64,000 nucleotides of DNA from the NCBI RefSeq assembly GCF_964194025.1, contig NC_134472.1, positions 63,922,001 to 63,986,000 on the forward strand. The letters run 5' to 3'. This stretch comes from Convolutriloba macropyga. Taxonomy: Eukaryota. This document shows, piece by piece, positions 1 to 13,640 of this stretch. The position numbers were made by a program, and so were the translations under genes. Under the pieces are notes generated by a model, which searched no databases, was not told the origin of the DNA, and saw nothing but the letters and a program-made list of their open reading frames with translations. Position 1 is the stretch's first letter. Each line of letters opens with the position of its first letter.

Positions 1-409
1 GCCAACAATTTAATTAAAATGAGCAATAAAACTTATTCAGAAGCTGTGATTGGCCAATTTAAAACACTATTTCGTAAGCGGACAAATTTACCGCAGTTTT
101 TTGCTCGACTAGTGTAACGAAGGTCTATCAACTAGCGTAACAAAGGTATTTAACCACATCTGGCCATGCCTCGCGGGCCATGGCCATGCCTCAGCGGCCC
201 GTGGGACTTGATATGAATCTATCACAACCGAACTACTGATTTATGGACCAATGAGACTTTTATGACCAATTATGATAAAACTGTCGGCTAAATTTCCCAT
301 TTTTTCCTTGTCGGCTAAACGCCCTGTCGGCCAATTTCCTAGCACCGTGACTATTATTGTGTCTCTTATTGTGTCTATACTCACAAGTGTCTGGCGCACA
401 AAATTTTTT

Positions 410-615
410 GTGCGCTCCAAGGTCACTATGTTCAGACTTCCGTTCGTTCAAAGTTGCCTATGTCTAGACCATCGTGCGTTCAAATGTATCTCTGCCCAGA
501 CTACGTGCGTTCAAAATTGCCTATGTCCAGACTATCGTACGTTCATTTGTGTTTCCAGATCGTGTAATGAACGAAACCCTCCTTGTGCCTTCATTTCGAT
601 CTGGACATATCGACT
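410..615. repeat. Degenerate ~32-bp minisatellite (gtgcgttcaaaattgcctatgtccagactatc)
   Basis: About 5-6 diverged units. Confidence 0.65.
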
Positions 616-1498
616 TTAGGTCCGGAGAAAAGAGAAATGGCCGCGTGAGAAAGTTTGGGAGGCTTTTAACAGTTTGCAAGAATTTGCTTGAGAGATAATT
701 TTTGTGACGGATTTGTTTGTGCCATATCTTTAAACTTTGGTTCAAATATTCTTTTCTGCTACACGGGTCGAGATTTCCAATCAAGAAATGCGGCAAATTG
801 CAGCGAAAAAAGTTGACGCATTTACCACAAATCTCACTTTTTTAGACATTTTAGGGGTAATACGTAGACCGGGACTGAAAATATGAAAAATGAACTCTAC
901 TGCTCATAATAATTGAAGTAATTTGGAATTTCAGCACAATCTTTTTCTTGTTTACTTCTGAACACCCGCATCAAATTCAAATCACATATTTGCTGTTTTC
1001 GATTTACGTACGCACTTTGCAAAAGAAATTGCGAGTATGAGTTGATGTCTGATCACACATTTTTGGTAAAAGCGCAGCGACGTTGGGGGGGGGGGGATAA
1101 TCAATTAGTCAACGCAAATTGGAAGTTTTCTTTGTTTCCATATACTCAATCTTCAAAATAAAGTAATCATCTATAGTGTAATATTTTCAATTGACATGTC
1201 GGTAACGTGTTGTAACTTGAATGCTACGGCAGAAAAGCGCTGATTTTTAAGAATTTCAAATCTCAAAAATCGGTGATTTGAACATCCGTTTGTGCCCTCA
1301 GTACGTAATACATTCCCAGCTACTGAGCACGTGTCATTACATAGTAAATGATTAAGTAAAAAATAAGGCATGGGCGTCTGGGGGTGCAATTAAAAGCACC
1401 CACTAAGCTGCTGGGGGGGGGGGGGGCACAACACAAACGGAAGAGATCCAAAAAATCTTAATAGAAAGCTTGTTAGTAGTTTTGAAATATGTCTGTGA

Positions 1499-1714
1499 TT
1501 ATTGTTGATGATCTCGAGGATGTGGCGATGTTGTATGTGGTTGTTGTGGAATGGGTCTGAAAGTGGCCAGATTATGTCTGTAACTCTCTCCTATCTCCTG
1601 TTTTGAGAACTCAATCAAGTCCTCTGTCTCATGACTGAACTGTTCTCTCAATCTCCTCACCTCATCACTCTTCTCCCTCTCGAATGTCTTCCATTTGTCA
1701 CAAATGTCCAATAC
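1499..1714 (-). CDS. Coiled-coil protein gene, last coding exon (VLDICDKWKTFERE...PRDHQQ*)
   Basis: Acceptor gtgtgcag|GTA, phase 0; TAA at 1499-1501. The seven exons sum to 1884 nt = 627 aa plus stop. Confidence 0.85.
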   Translation of the reverse strand, partial: VLDICDKWKTFEREKSDEVRRLREQFSHETEDLIEFSKQEIGESYRHNLATFRPIPQQPHTTSPHPRDHQQ

Positions 1715-2502
1715 CTGCACACATCAACAATATTAATCCTAGAATGATTCATTTAAAATGACTTTGAGGGTCATATTTCAGACGACTATCAACTTCCGTT
1801 TCTGCCCCCCAGTACGCTATGCTCCCCCAGATACAGATCACGTGTCATTTCATGGTGTAAAAATATGGCACGTGCGTCTGGGGGTGCAATTTAAATGCAC
1901 CTATTAACCTTGGGGGGGGGGGGGGAGACACAAACGGAAAAGATCCCAAATTTGTGGTTTTGATTCATTTTACAATCATGCATGCAACATTCACCAAACA
2001 AACACATAGTTGAAATTTAAGAACCGCCCTTCCCCCCATGAATTTAATGTCTCTAAAGCAGTTTCCGTCAATCGCATACTTACAGGTTAGTAAGCCAAAA
2101 GGCTCTTACCAAAGTTAAAACCCTCGGGGCGTTACCTGTTTACCCCGTTTTTGAGGACGAAAAGATCAAAAAGTCAGACAAAAATTGCATAAAAAAGACC
2201 ACCGGACTAATATAATTGCTACAATCTTCGTTTTAGAGCAAATAAATATTAAGTTTTCTCACTGTCCGTAATGAAAACGAAAAAGCCCTTAGGATACTCT
2301 GTTCCAGTGCTGTTTTACTATTTCATTATTGGAATTTGATGTAACAGAACTGTTTTACTATGTTACCAGAGTCCGGGCATTGCGGTGAAAATAGTTCAAA
2401 TGGATAAGAACAGCAAGAAAAAATTTTAACTGCCTTCAGGAGGAATACGTACATAAATGCGGTAAACCGGCAATTTCGAATAATTCACTGCCATAAATGA
2501 TG

Positions 2503-3370
2503 AAACATAAACCGACAAATGTCGGAAGAATTGCCCTTAAACGACAGGCGAGGCAATTTAATTCATGGTCTTTAGTCTAGATCAATTTTTCTTTATGGGT
2601 GCAAAACACTTTGCCCAACAAACCACATTAAATTGTTTTTAAAAAATGCCGACACTGTTTTAGGTGCGCGGGGGGGCTAGGTGTGGTGGGTGGGTAGATA
2701 GGTTGGGGAGGTGGGTAGTGCTGGGGTAGTTGGGGGGGGGGTTAGGTGGGGTTAGCTAGGTGAAGGGAGGGGGTAGTTTGGGGGGTAGGGGTAGGTGGGG
2801 GAGGGGGGGGGGGGTAATTTGGGGGCGGGGAGCAGGTAGGTGTTGGGGGGTAGGTAGGTGGGTGGGTAGATAGGTTGGAGAGGTGGGTAGTGTTTGAGTA
2901 GTTGGAGAGGTGGGTTAGGTGGAGTTAGCTAGGTGAAGGGAGGGGGTAGGGGTGGGTGGTGGTAAGTTGGGGTAGGGGGATGCGGTGGAGATGGGGGTTA
3001 GGTAGGTGTTGGTGGGGGGTAGATAGGTGCTGGGCGGGGGGTGGTTGTGCGGTGTAGTTTAGATAATTAGGGATGACTTATATATGAACAAAAAATCTCA
3101 AAATGACCTCTTCACCATGAACATTACCAGCAGTTTCTATTTACTATACATTACAAACGAAGCTACTGTTAAAGTCCAATGTTCGAGAACAGAAGTCAAC
3201 TATCAAAAACGGAGGTAAACGCTCGAACAGAAAGAAATCAAAATTCAAGTCATGAACAAACTTGCTTTCTGCTAAAAAACCTGTAGAATCTCAATACTCC
3301 TCTTCGAGACGTAAAAAGACACACACGTTTACAGTAATTGCTATGAACTTCGTTCAAGAGCAATTAAAAA
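2503..3370 (-). mobile_element. HINE-A (non-autonomous Helentron/DINE-1-like) copy with an internal G-rich tract
   Basis: Left end aaacataaaCCGACaaatGTCGG stem-loop plus subTIR gaattgcccttaaacga; right end ttcgttcaagagcaatt followed by an A-run. Confidence 0.7.
2668..3056. repeat. G-rich low-complexity tract (GGGT/GGTAG), G-quadruplex-prone
   Basis: Dense G-runs with an internal ~175-bp duplication (ggtgggtagataggttgg...gctaggtgaagggaggggg twice). Confidence 0.85.
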
Positions 3371-3796
3371 CTGGCAAATTCGAATAATTCACTGCCATAA
3401 ATGATGAAAAATTAATTTATCCTTCATCCGGTGTTGATTTGCTTAAAAATTGGTCTAAAAATTGCTTTAAAAGTAATCATCTTGAACCTGAAACTGTAAC
3501 TGAAATTGCTATTAGGTTCCATACAATATCGGAATATCCAACATACTTGAATAATTCTATTGTGGAGGCGCTGATTTTGAAAATTTAGAATTTAGTTGGA
3601 AAAATTCTCACTAGGAGCAGCATGAACATGCAGCTCATCACTGGTTAATGCCATATTTGCTATTTTTTTGACAGTAATAATGGACACTTTTGCGCATAAT
3701 ACCACATTAATTGACAAAAATTCCAGGTCCCTCTGTAAACTTAGTATAATTTAACAGTGTGACTATTATTGTGTCTCTTATTGTGTCTATACTCAC

Positions 3797-3963
3797 AAGT
3801 GTCTGGTTTGTGGCAATGCTGTTGATTGTCTCTTTGGCAGTCCATCTGAGGTACTCGAGAGCAGCAGAGAGACTCTGTGACTTGTCTGTCCTCGGATCTT
3901 CCAATCCGAGTGCCTTGACCAGCTTGAAACTAGTCTTCTCTATGCTGCTGATCGTACGCTCCT
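3797..3963 (-). CDS. Coiled-coil protein gene, exon 6 (ERTISSIEKTSFKLVKALG...ATNQTL)
   Basis: Acceptor tttttcag|AG; donor CTT|GTGAGT; 167 nt, phase 1-0. Confidence 0.87.
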
Positions 3964-4780
3964 CTGAAAAATCATCAATCATTCGTTACAATCAAACATA
4001 TTCTTCAATTGGATTTAATCGCCTTCGCAAAATAGGCAAGAATATTTCGACATCTCGCAAGATAGAACTCGTAGTTGGACTAGTATAACCACAAAACTTC
4101 TTTAGTGAGCTTAAAACTTGATTTCTTTAAATATCTTTATTAAATACTTAAGTTACGGTTCAAACCCAAAGTTCGAAATGCAATACATCCATCACATAGG
4201 AAAGCTCCAATCCGAAATTAGCAGTGTCAGAGAAAACTATGTCAATATTTGTCAGTTAGGTGTTGCTCTTTTTTTTCCGGTCTATACGATTTATCTCTGC
4301 TATCTCTCACAACTACCCGGGTCAAGAAAATTATGTACGAAATGCGCTGAAAAGTGGCTGAATTTTCTGTAAATTCAGCCGCTTTTCAGCGCATTTCGTA
4401 CTCAACGCATTTCGAGATGTGATGAAATGCATACTCAAATTTCAAAAAATTCAGGGCATTTTTTTTTACAAAGTTCCAAATCATTTCATCGCATTTAACG
4501 CATTATTATGTAAGGTTTTTTCGCCGAATTTTCTGAAAATTTAGCCGCTTTTCTACGCAATTTCGGGAAAATTTCACCTATTTCTGTAAAACTTTTCAAC
4601 ATATCCTTAACTTATCCTATCCTATAAAAAAAACGAAACTTGCGCACAAATGTCCCTTGATTAAATTCTCAAGAAAACTCGAAAGCTAACTATTGTTGTG
4701 GCGGCCAAAAGATCAAACAATTAAATACAGATAAAACAGAACTTTCTGCACTGAAAGGTAATCGCAAATAAAAAAATTAC

Positions 4781-5369
4781 CCATTTTCTGAAGCGTCTCT
4801 TCGAGTAGAACAAATTTGCTCTTTATGTCCGCCAGCTTCATCTCAGAAATCTTCAAGTCATCTTCCACTTTGCCTTTGTCATCTTTCACTTTTTTAATCT
4901 CAATCTCAAACTTCTCTCTCAGTTTCTTTTCCAAACTCTGAAGTTCTGTGTTCGAATCCGACTGAAGCTTCTCTTTTTGAGACAAAATTTCTTCTCGATT
5001 TTTCCTTTTGACATTTTCAATTTCAACAACTAAATCGTTTTCCCGTTTTTTCAGTCGCTCAATTTCGACTTCAAGCTTTTTGTTTTTGTCTTCCAGTTCT
5101 TGATTGTGATTGGTCAGTTTGCGTCTTAAATTGTCCAATTCGTATTCGTGTTTGTTAGAGAGTGATCGCTGTAAGTCGTGTAACTCTGACTGAGTTCGTT
5201 CCCTCTCTCGACTGATGGTCGTCTGCAGGGTTCTCTCGTGGTCCTCTTTCAGTTTGCTCATCAGAGACTGAAACATTTTCCGTTCAATATCTAATATGCA
5301 AGATTTCTGTAATGCTTTTTTTCGGACGTCATCGGTGCCAAGCTTAGTGTTGATTGAATTCAAAGCATC
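4781..5369 (-). CDS. Coiled-coil protein gene, exon 5 (DALNSINTKLG...LEETLQKM), long heptad-repeat segment
   Basis: Acceptor ttttcaccag|GAT; donor ATGG|GTAATT; 589 nt, phase 0-1; overlaps the longest ORF in the window (216 aa), E/K/L-rich. Confidence 0.9.
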
Positions 5370-5755
5370 CTGGTGAAAATGAGAGGCAATGTTCTAACGC
5401 TTCAAAGCCCAAGTTTAACAATTTAATTAGAAAGTTTTCTAATACCTAGACAAGTTTCTGTCAAACTAATTGCCCGATTTATGGTCTCAGAAATTGAAAA
5501 ATTCCGGATGTCAGAGAAACACTTGATCATTTTGTTGAGTTTGAACTGTACTATATCTCTGATGTCGGCAAATCCTCAACTTCAGAGAGCATAAATTGGT
5601 CAATTAATTTGACAGAAACTTGATAAGGCTGTTGGTGCTGAGCTTGCGTAGGAAGAAAAATAACAATTTTGTTTATTTTATCCAATTTTTGTTGCCACAG
5701 CAACTATGTAGGTCAATATTTCCGTACTCTGTTGACAGAGCTATGTCGACTTTTC

Positions 5756-5889
5756 GGGTCTCCCATTATAGCTTCCCCCCTCCCCCAGCTTAGTGGTTAG
5801 GTAATTTATAGTCAACCATCTCGGTAGTTATACCATAATAGAGCGCGCTATAATTTCGTGTGGGGGGATGGCTATAATAGGAAAGACCC
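5756..5889. mobile_element. MITE with 8-bp TSD (gacttttc)
   Basis: TIR gggtctcccattatagc / gctataataggaaagaccc; perfect TSD at 5748-5755 and 5890-5897; related copy at ~18202-18328. Confidence 0.8.
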
Positions 5890-6931
5890 GACTTTTCTAA
5901 CCAAAGAAAAATCACTTGACAAAATGAAAAAAAAGGTACAAAAAAACAACAAAGCACTCAACAAGAACCGTCTCCAATGCGCTACTTTTCTATTACTAAT
6001 CAAACTTTTAGAAAAAAATGATTTTAATACCGTGTTTTTCACTCTAAACTTACAAAAACTACAGAAGTACAAGAACTTTAGAGAAGTTGCCCATTGTTAC
6101 GAACCGCGAGAGCTGGTTCTGACGCTTATCGAGAACTGAATTTATCCAGAATTAGCCTTGTTTAAAACACTCACGTAAACTTTTTAAATTGCCAAATGTT
6201 GTGCAGAATGTCGAACGCGGTGCAAGAAGTTTCTATACAGGTAGCCAGATGTTAACTTTCACTTACTTTAGTCACTTTAATACGTGCTGGTTGCATGTTT
6301 TAAGAAGTCAGGTAACCTACAACAAAATCTCAACTCGCAAACTTGAAAATGCCGAAAGTTCATGGCAGTAAACTTCTGGCTACGTATGCGAGAACTTCTA
6401 GCATTTTAACTCCTGGCACAGTAATTATTGGCACTTTAAGACTTCCGTGTTTAAGTCGTGGATTAGAAAGGGAATAAGCTTTTTTGAAACTACCCATAGG
6501 GATCTAAAGTTATCAGCAATTAAACTCGATCAATAATGTTTTAGGCTATCGGAATGGGAATGCTCAAAATCGTGGAAATCGGTTGCGTTTATCTGCAAAT
6601 ACGAGTGACGAAAATAATTATTTTTGTCACTAATGGTCATAATTAACCTAACAACTTATCATAGCGAATATCAAATTGGTTTTTGCCACGAAAATTCAGT
6701 CGTTTAGAACTCGCTGTTCAAGTCAAACGGGAATATCAAAAACCAGTCAAGATTAATTTTGCTCCTTGAAAGAAATATTCTGTCAAGATCACAAGTCATG
6801 TAGGCATAGAAAACTTACCAAGTCGACACTGACATTGACTACAAGAGTACAAAACATTCAGTCATACTTGGCTCAGAGGTTATTTTGGCCTCTGACCTGA
6901 AATGTGTACATGAACTGAACACATGACTAAC

Positions 6932-7152
6932 CCTGTGTTCAGTATCCTGTCTTGCAATTCTTCCGTTCAGTTCTGTTATGTTGTGTTCCAACTGTTGTCT
7001 CTTCATATCAGATGACTTCTCTACTTTGTTCATCTCACTCTCGTGTGACTCTGTCAAACTTTTCCTCATCTTGTCCAGTTCGTACTCCATCTTCTCACTG
7101 TTCAGTTTCCTCACTTTCTCCAACTCATCCTCGTGTTGTCCAGTCAGGCTAA
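6932..7152 (-). CDS. Coiled-coil protein gene, exon 4 (SLTGQHEDELEKVRKLNSEK...QDTEHR)
   Basis: Acceptor ttaaccag|TT; donor AGG|GTTAGT; phase 1-0; overlaps ORF 6839..7123. Confidence 0.87.
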
Positions 7153-7477
7153 CTGGTTAACAAAACAGTCTCCTCCCTTCTTTGGAACTATAGTACTATT
7201 TGTATAGGGTACTCAATTGTTAGAGCTTTAGCTTCTCTTTAACAATCCAACATCGCTTTTTTCACTGGCCATTAAGACTACAATGTACTATGATTGAAAG
7301 TAGAATTTATACGTACACTATCGATCAATTCTTCAATTTAGGACTGAAATCACTTTTACCTACAGCAAACAAAAAATGTCATTCCGCATAACGGAGTCAA
7401 GTTGCTCACACATAAAAATACACTGAAAGTTGAATTAAGTCATGATTATGGAGAGGAAGCAAAGGTGTGTTAATTAC

Positions 7478-7627
7478 CAATTTTATTGTTGATTGAGTCA
7501 ATCATGGCCGAGCTGGTGTGGTCACGTGACTCCATCTCTCCCTTCATCAACCTGGACTGTTCCATCAGCTGGGAGACATGAGCCTCACTCTTTTCCAAGG
7601 ATCTGGTCAGGTTGGCAATCTCTTCGT
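7478..7627 (-). CDS. Coiled-coil protein gene, exon 3 (DEEIANLTRSLEKSEAHVSQLMEQ...INNKI)
   Basis: Acceptor ttttcatag|AC; donor ATTG|GTAATT; 150 nt, phase 1-1, open frame. Not in the ORF track. Confidence 0.85.
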
Positions 7628-7741
7628 CTATGAAAAGGTCAAAAGATGATCAATTCTCTTACTTTTTCATGATTTTCCCCCAGGTTGAAAAATGACTTAT
7701 GAAAATGCCCATCCAGGCCATTTTTGCTTCCAGGCAATTGA

Positions 7742-10700
7742 AAATACACAGGCAGACCGAAACCACCTATGATACAGAATTTTGCTCGTTCAAAGTTTAG
7801 GTGCGTTCATGTGCTTGCTCAAGAATCCTTATGAAAAGACACGTCCAGAGCAAAATGGAACATGGTCCAGACACTGGCTCGTTCTATTTATGAGAAGACT
7901 CAGGCAGACAGAAAAATTTCATGATCCAGACTCTGAAAATAGCAAATTTTAAAAAAGCCAATGATGATGGCATTAAAAAAATTTTCTCGCTATAGATAAA
8001 GTTGTCAATGCCATGAATAAGTTTCTGTTCTGTATTTATATGAGTTAACATTCAGTCAAACAAGAAAGGGATTTAATTGCAACTAGTCTGGCTAAGGAAT
8101 CCATAATTGAGCGGGATGAACTATTACAGAACAAATTCAACGTGCAATGGCAAACGAAGTACCACAGATTTTTGCGATCATCACCAATCAGCTGTAGTCC
8201 ACATTTAATGAAGTAGCTGAAAAATTGTACAAAAGTGTCGAAAAATGGTGAGATTGGACAGTGACCTGTACCTGTACTTTCTGGAAAAGAAGGCAGAGCT
8301 CATTCTAAATACTGAAAATAAGCAAAATGACTTGCAAAGTTGGATAGAATAGGTAAAATTTTTTGAGCTATTCTTGACTCATTTAACCCCATGAGTCCCA
8401 GCGAGAAAAGGTGTGCCTTATAGTATCATCGTAAAATTCACAAGAAAGGTAGAAAAAACTGATTTTATGAGAAAAATAAGTAGCTTCGGTAAACTGAAAA
8501 AAAATAAAAGTTTCATGAAGACTTATTACAAATGCTTTCGGGATAAAATTCCAGGCCTTCTGATTTGATCAACGCATAGTTTAATCGCTATCTTGCGTAA
8601 AAAAAATTGTCAGTTTTTTCGTCCAAATTGAGTTTTGGTTCTATGAACTAATGATTTACCGATCAATGAGATTTTTTAACCTTTAGGATGAAATTGTTGG
8701 CTGAACTTTTACATTTTCTCTTAGAAGGTTAAGAGATCTGTTGCCTAAATTTTGAAGTAACCACAAATACGGCGATCATATCTCGTTACTTTTAGAACTA
8801 ATGTTATTTTTCAACCCAATTGTTTGCTTTTTAGTCTTTTCTAGTGACCTATGAGATGAATTAAAATCAATATTTTTTATGATATCAGTAATACCTGGAA
8901 GTGAACCAGTGAAATTGAGACTGCTCTTTGGTAAATATAAAACGTTTAAATAAAGCAACTGAAAGTCAAAAACTTATGCCGTCAAACTAGAAAAAAAAAT
9001 GCAGCACTTTTTTGTACGTTAAGTGCTCTTAGGTTCGGTAATTAGCTTTCTGTTAATATCGCTTTCAATGAAAAATTTGCATCGTGATTTTTTGTAGGTT
9101 GGAGCTAGTTCTTATCTTCTAAACTTTTTGTGCATTAATTTTTTTTGAAAAAAAAGTTCGAAAATTTTTTTTTGATGACAAATGAAACTTCACTCAAATT
9201 AGGATCGAACTCTTTTTCTTGGTAAAACGTCATACAAACTTCTTTAATTTCATTCAAGGTCACATAAAACTCCCAGTTAACACACAAAGTTCAAATATGC
9301 ATTCCTATAAAATATAGAGAAATCACAAATAAATTGCTGTCTGAAAAAATGTGCTTATCTTTTTCAGAAAAACTTTTCGTTAATGATACAACGTCATATA
9401 TGAAACATAAAATTTCACCAATGCAGTAAATACCCGCATAATGTTATCAAAATGTACTAAAAATTAAAAAACTCATCAGAAGTCTATTGCTTAACCCTTT
9501 AGCTGCATCGATACCATAACACACGTTTGTCTCCCTATTTAGAACATGTTTTGTATTTATCTCAACATTCTACAGGATTTTCATGTATGACTTTAATAAA
9601 CATAACCTGGCAGCTAAGGTTATCTAAATTACTCATCTTCGTACAATCACTCTCAAATTAAGCGTCCATTTTTTTCAATCAAAATTCCATATCAACTGAT
9701 TTTGACGCATCGCAAAATGGTTCCCGGGAATCACATCATTGAGGATTTTTGATAAAAAAACCTGATCATAACCGACTGGCGAGCGGTTAGCTCTTAATCA
9801 AACAACTGGCGAGCGGTTGGCCTGGTCTGCAGATAACTACCGTTTAGGAAGGGGTTTGGGGTGAGCGCTTTTTACAAAAGTGTCGAAAAATGGTGAGATT
9901 GGACAGCGACCTGTACCTAAACTTTCTGGAAAAGAAGGCAGAGCTCATTCTATAAACTGAAAATAAGCAAATTGATTTGCAAAGTTGGCAAGAATAGGTA
10001 AATTTTGTTAGCTATTCTTGAATCATTTAACCCCATGAGTCCCAGCGAGATGTGGTGTGCCTTAGAGAATCATCGTAAACTTCACAAGAAGGGTAGAAAA
10101 AACTGATTTTATGAGAAAAATAAGTAGCTTCGGTAAACTGAAAATAATAAAAGTTTCATAAAGACTTATTAAAAATGCTTTCGGGATAAAATTCCAGGCT
10201 TTCTGATTTGATCCACGCATAGTTTAATTGCTATCTTGCGAAAAAAATTGTCAATTTTTTCGTCCAAATTGAATTTTGGTTCTATGAACTAATGATTTAC
10301 CGATCAATGAGATTTTTTAACCTTTATCTTGAAATTGTTGGCTAAACTCTCACATTTTCTCTTAGAAGGTTAAGAGATCTGTTGCCTAAATATTGAAGCA
10401 ACCACAAATAGGGCGATCAAATCTCGTTAGTTCTAGAACTAATGTTTTTTTCAACCCAATTATATGCCTTTTAATCTTTTCTAGTGACCTATAAGATGAA
10501 TTAGAATCATTACTTTTTTTTGATATCAGTAATACGTGGGAGTGCACCAGTGATATTGAGACCGCTCTTGGGTAAATATAAAACATATAAATAAAGCAAC
10601 TGCAAGTCAAAAACTGATGCCGTCAAACTATAAAAAAATGCAGCACATTTTTGTACGGTAAGCGTTCTTAGGTTCGGTTTTTAGCTTTCTGGTAATATCG

Positions 10701-13640
10701 CTTTCAATGAAAAATTTACATCCGGATTTTTTGTAGGTTGGAGCTAGTTCTTATCTTTTAAACTTTTTGTGCTTTAATTTTTTTTGAAAAAAAGTTCTTA
10801 AATTTCTTTTCGATGACAAATTACACTTCACTCCAATTAGGATCGAACTCTTTTTCTTGTTAAAACGTCATACAATCTTCTTTAATTTCATTCAAGATCA
10901 CATAAAATTCCTGGTTAACAAACAATCATCAAATATGCATTCCTATAAATTATACAGAAATCACATATAAATTGGTGTCTGAAAAAATGTGCTTATTTCT
11001 TTCAGAAAAATTTTGTTAATGATACAACGTCATATATGACACTTAAAGTTTCACCAATGCAGTAAATACCCGCATAATGTTATCAATAAGTACTAAAATT
11101 AAAAAAACTCATCAGAAGTCTATTGATTGACCCTTTAATGCATCGATACCATAACACAAGTTTGTCTCCCTATTTAGAACATGTTTTGTAGTTATCTCAA
11201 CATTCTACAGGTGTTTCATGTATGACCTTAATAAACATAACCTGGCAGCTCAAGTTATCTAAATTACTCATCTTCGTACAATCACTCTCAAATTAAGCGT
11301 CCATTGTTTTCAATCAAAATTCCATATCAACTGATTTTGACGCATCGCAAAATGGTTCCCGGGAATCACATCATTGAGGACTTTTGATAAAAAAACCTGA
11401 ACATAACCGACTGGCGAGCGTTTAGCTCTTAATCAAACAACTGGCGAGCGGTTGGCCTCGTCTGCAGATAACTACCGTTTAGGAAGGGGTTTGGGGTGAG
11501 CGCGGTGAGGGGTGACAATACACAGGCAGACCAAAACCATCTACGATACAGAATTCGGCTCGTTCAAAGTTTCGGTGCGTTCATTTGCTCGCTCAGGAAT
11601 CCCTATGAAAATACACGTCCAGAGCAAAACGGAACACGGTCTAGACTTTGGATCGTTCTATTTATGATAGGACACAGGCAATCTGAAAGTTTCATGATCC
11701 AGACTCTGCCTTGTTCGTGTTTGTGAAAAAAGCAAATTTTAAAAAAACCAATGATGATGGCATTAAAAAAATTTTCTCCCTATAGATAAAGTTGTCAGTG
11801 CAATGAATAAATTTCTGTTCTGTATTTATATGAGTTAACATTGAGTCAAACAATAAAGGGCTTTAATTGCAACTAGTCTGGCTAAGGAATCCATAATTGA
11901 GCGGGATGAACTATTACAGAACAAATTCAATGTGCAATGGTAAACGAAGTACCACAGATTTTTGCGATCATCACCAATCAGCTGTAGTCCACATTTAATG
12001 ACGTAGCTGAAAAATGTACAAAAGTGTCAAAAAAAAGGTCAGATTGGACAGTGACCTGTACCTGTACTTTCTGGAAAAGAAGGCAGAGCTCATTCTAAAA
12101 ACTGAAAATAAGCAAATTGATTTGCAAAGTTGGCAAGAATAGGTTAAATTTTTTTTATCTTTTCTTGATTTATATAACCCCATGAGTCCCAGAGAGAAGT
12201 GGTGTGCCAAGAAGGGGAAGAAAAAAACTGAATTTATGAGAAAAAGAAGTAGCTTCAGTAAACTGAAAATAATAACAGTTTCATAAAGACTAATTACAAA
12301 TGCTTTTGATATAAAATTCCAGGCTTTCTGATTCGATCCACGCATAGTTTAAATGCTATCTTTAGAAGTATAAATTTTTAGTCTTTTCGTCCAAATTGTA
12401 TTCTGGTCCTATGAACTAATGATTTACCGACCAATGAGATTTTTTAACCTTTAGGATGAATTTGTTGGCTAAATTTTTACGTTTTCTCTCAGAAGGTTAA
12501 GAGATCTGTCGACTAAATTTTGTAGCAACCACAAATAGGGCGATGATATCTCGTTAGTTGTAGAACTAATCTTATTTTTCAGCCCAAATTTATGCATTCT
12601 AATCTTTTCTAGTGACCTATAAGATGAATTAAAATCAATATTTTTTATGATATCAGTAATACCTGGAAGTGAACCAGTGAAATTGAGACTGCTCTTTGGT
12701 AAATATAAAACGTTTAAATAAAGCAACTGAAAGTCAAAAACTTATGCCGTCAAACTAGAAAAAAAAATGCAGCACTTTTTTGTACGTTAAGTGTTCTTAG
12801 GTTCGGTAATTAGCTTTCTGTTAATATCGCTTTCAATGAAAAATTTGCATCGTGATTTTTTGTAGGTTGGAGCTAGTTCTTATCTTCTAAACTTTTTGTG
12901 CATTAATTTTTTTTTGAAAAAAAAGTTCGAAAATTTTTTTTTGATGACAAATGAAACTTCACTCAAATTAGGATCGAACTCTTTTTCTTGGTAAAACGTC
13001 ATACAAACTTCTTTAATTTCATTCAAGGTCACATAAAACTCCCAGTTAACACACAAAGTTCAAATATGCATTCCTATAAAATATAGAGAAATCACAAATA
13101 AATTGCTGTCTGAAAAAATGTGCTTATCTTTTTCAGAAAAATTTTTCGTTAATGATACAACGTCATATATGAAACATAAAATTTCACCAATGCAGTAAAT
13201 ACCCGCATAATGTTATCAAAAAGTACTAAAAGTAAAAAAAAACTCATCAGAAAACTATTGCTTGACACTTTAGCTGCATCGATACCATAACAAACGTTTG
13301 TCTCCCTATTTAGAACATGTTTTGTTGTTATCTCAACATTCTACAGGTGTTTCATGTATGACCTTAATAAACATAACCCGGCAGCTCAGGTTATCTAAAT
13401 TACTCATCTTCGTACAATCACTCTCAAATTAAGCGTCCATTTTTTTCAATCAAAATTCCATATCAACTGATTTTGACGCATCGCAAAATGGTTCCCGGGA
13501 ATCACATCATTGAGGATTTTTGATAAAAAACCCGAACATAACCGACTGGCGAGCGGTTAGCTCTTAATCAAACAACTGGCGAGCGGTTGGCCTCGTCTGC
13601 AGATAACTACCGTTTAGGAAGGGGTTTGGGGTGAGCGCGG
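7742..13640. repeat. Tandem segmental array A-B-B'-A'-B'' (A ~490 bp, B ~1.64 kb)
   Basis: B starts acaaaagtgtc at ~8229, ~9874 and ~12018 and ends ggggtttggggtgagcgc at ~9868, ~11502 and ~13638; A (aatacacaggcagacc) at 7742 and 11517. Confidence 0.92.

Noticed and set aside
7742-13640. Possible CRISPR-like or gene array
   Set aside because: Kb-scale duplicated intronic DNA in a eukaryote with no repeat-spacer structure and no conserved ORF.
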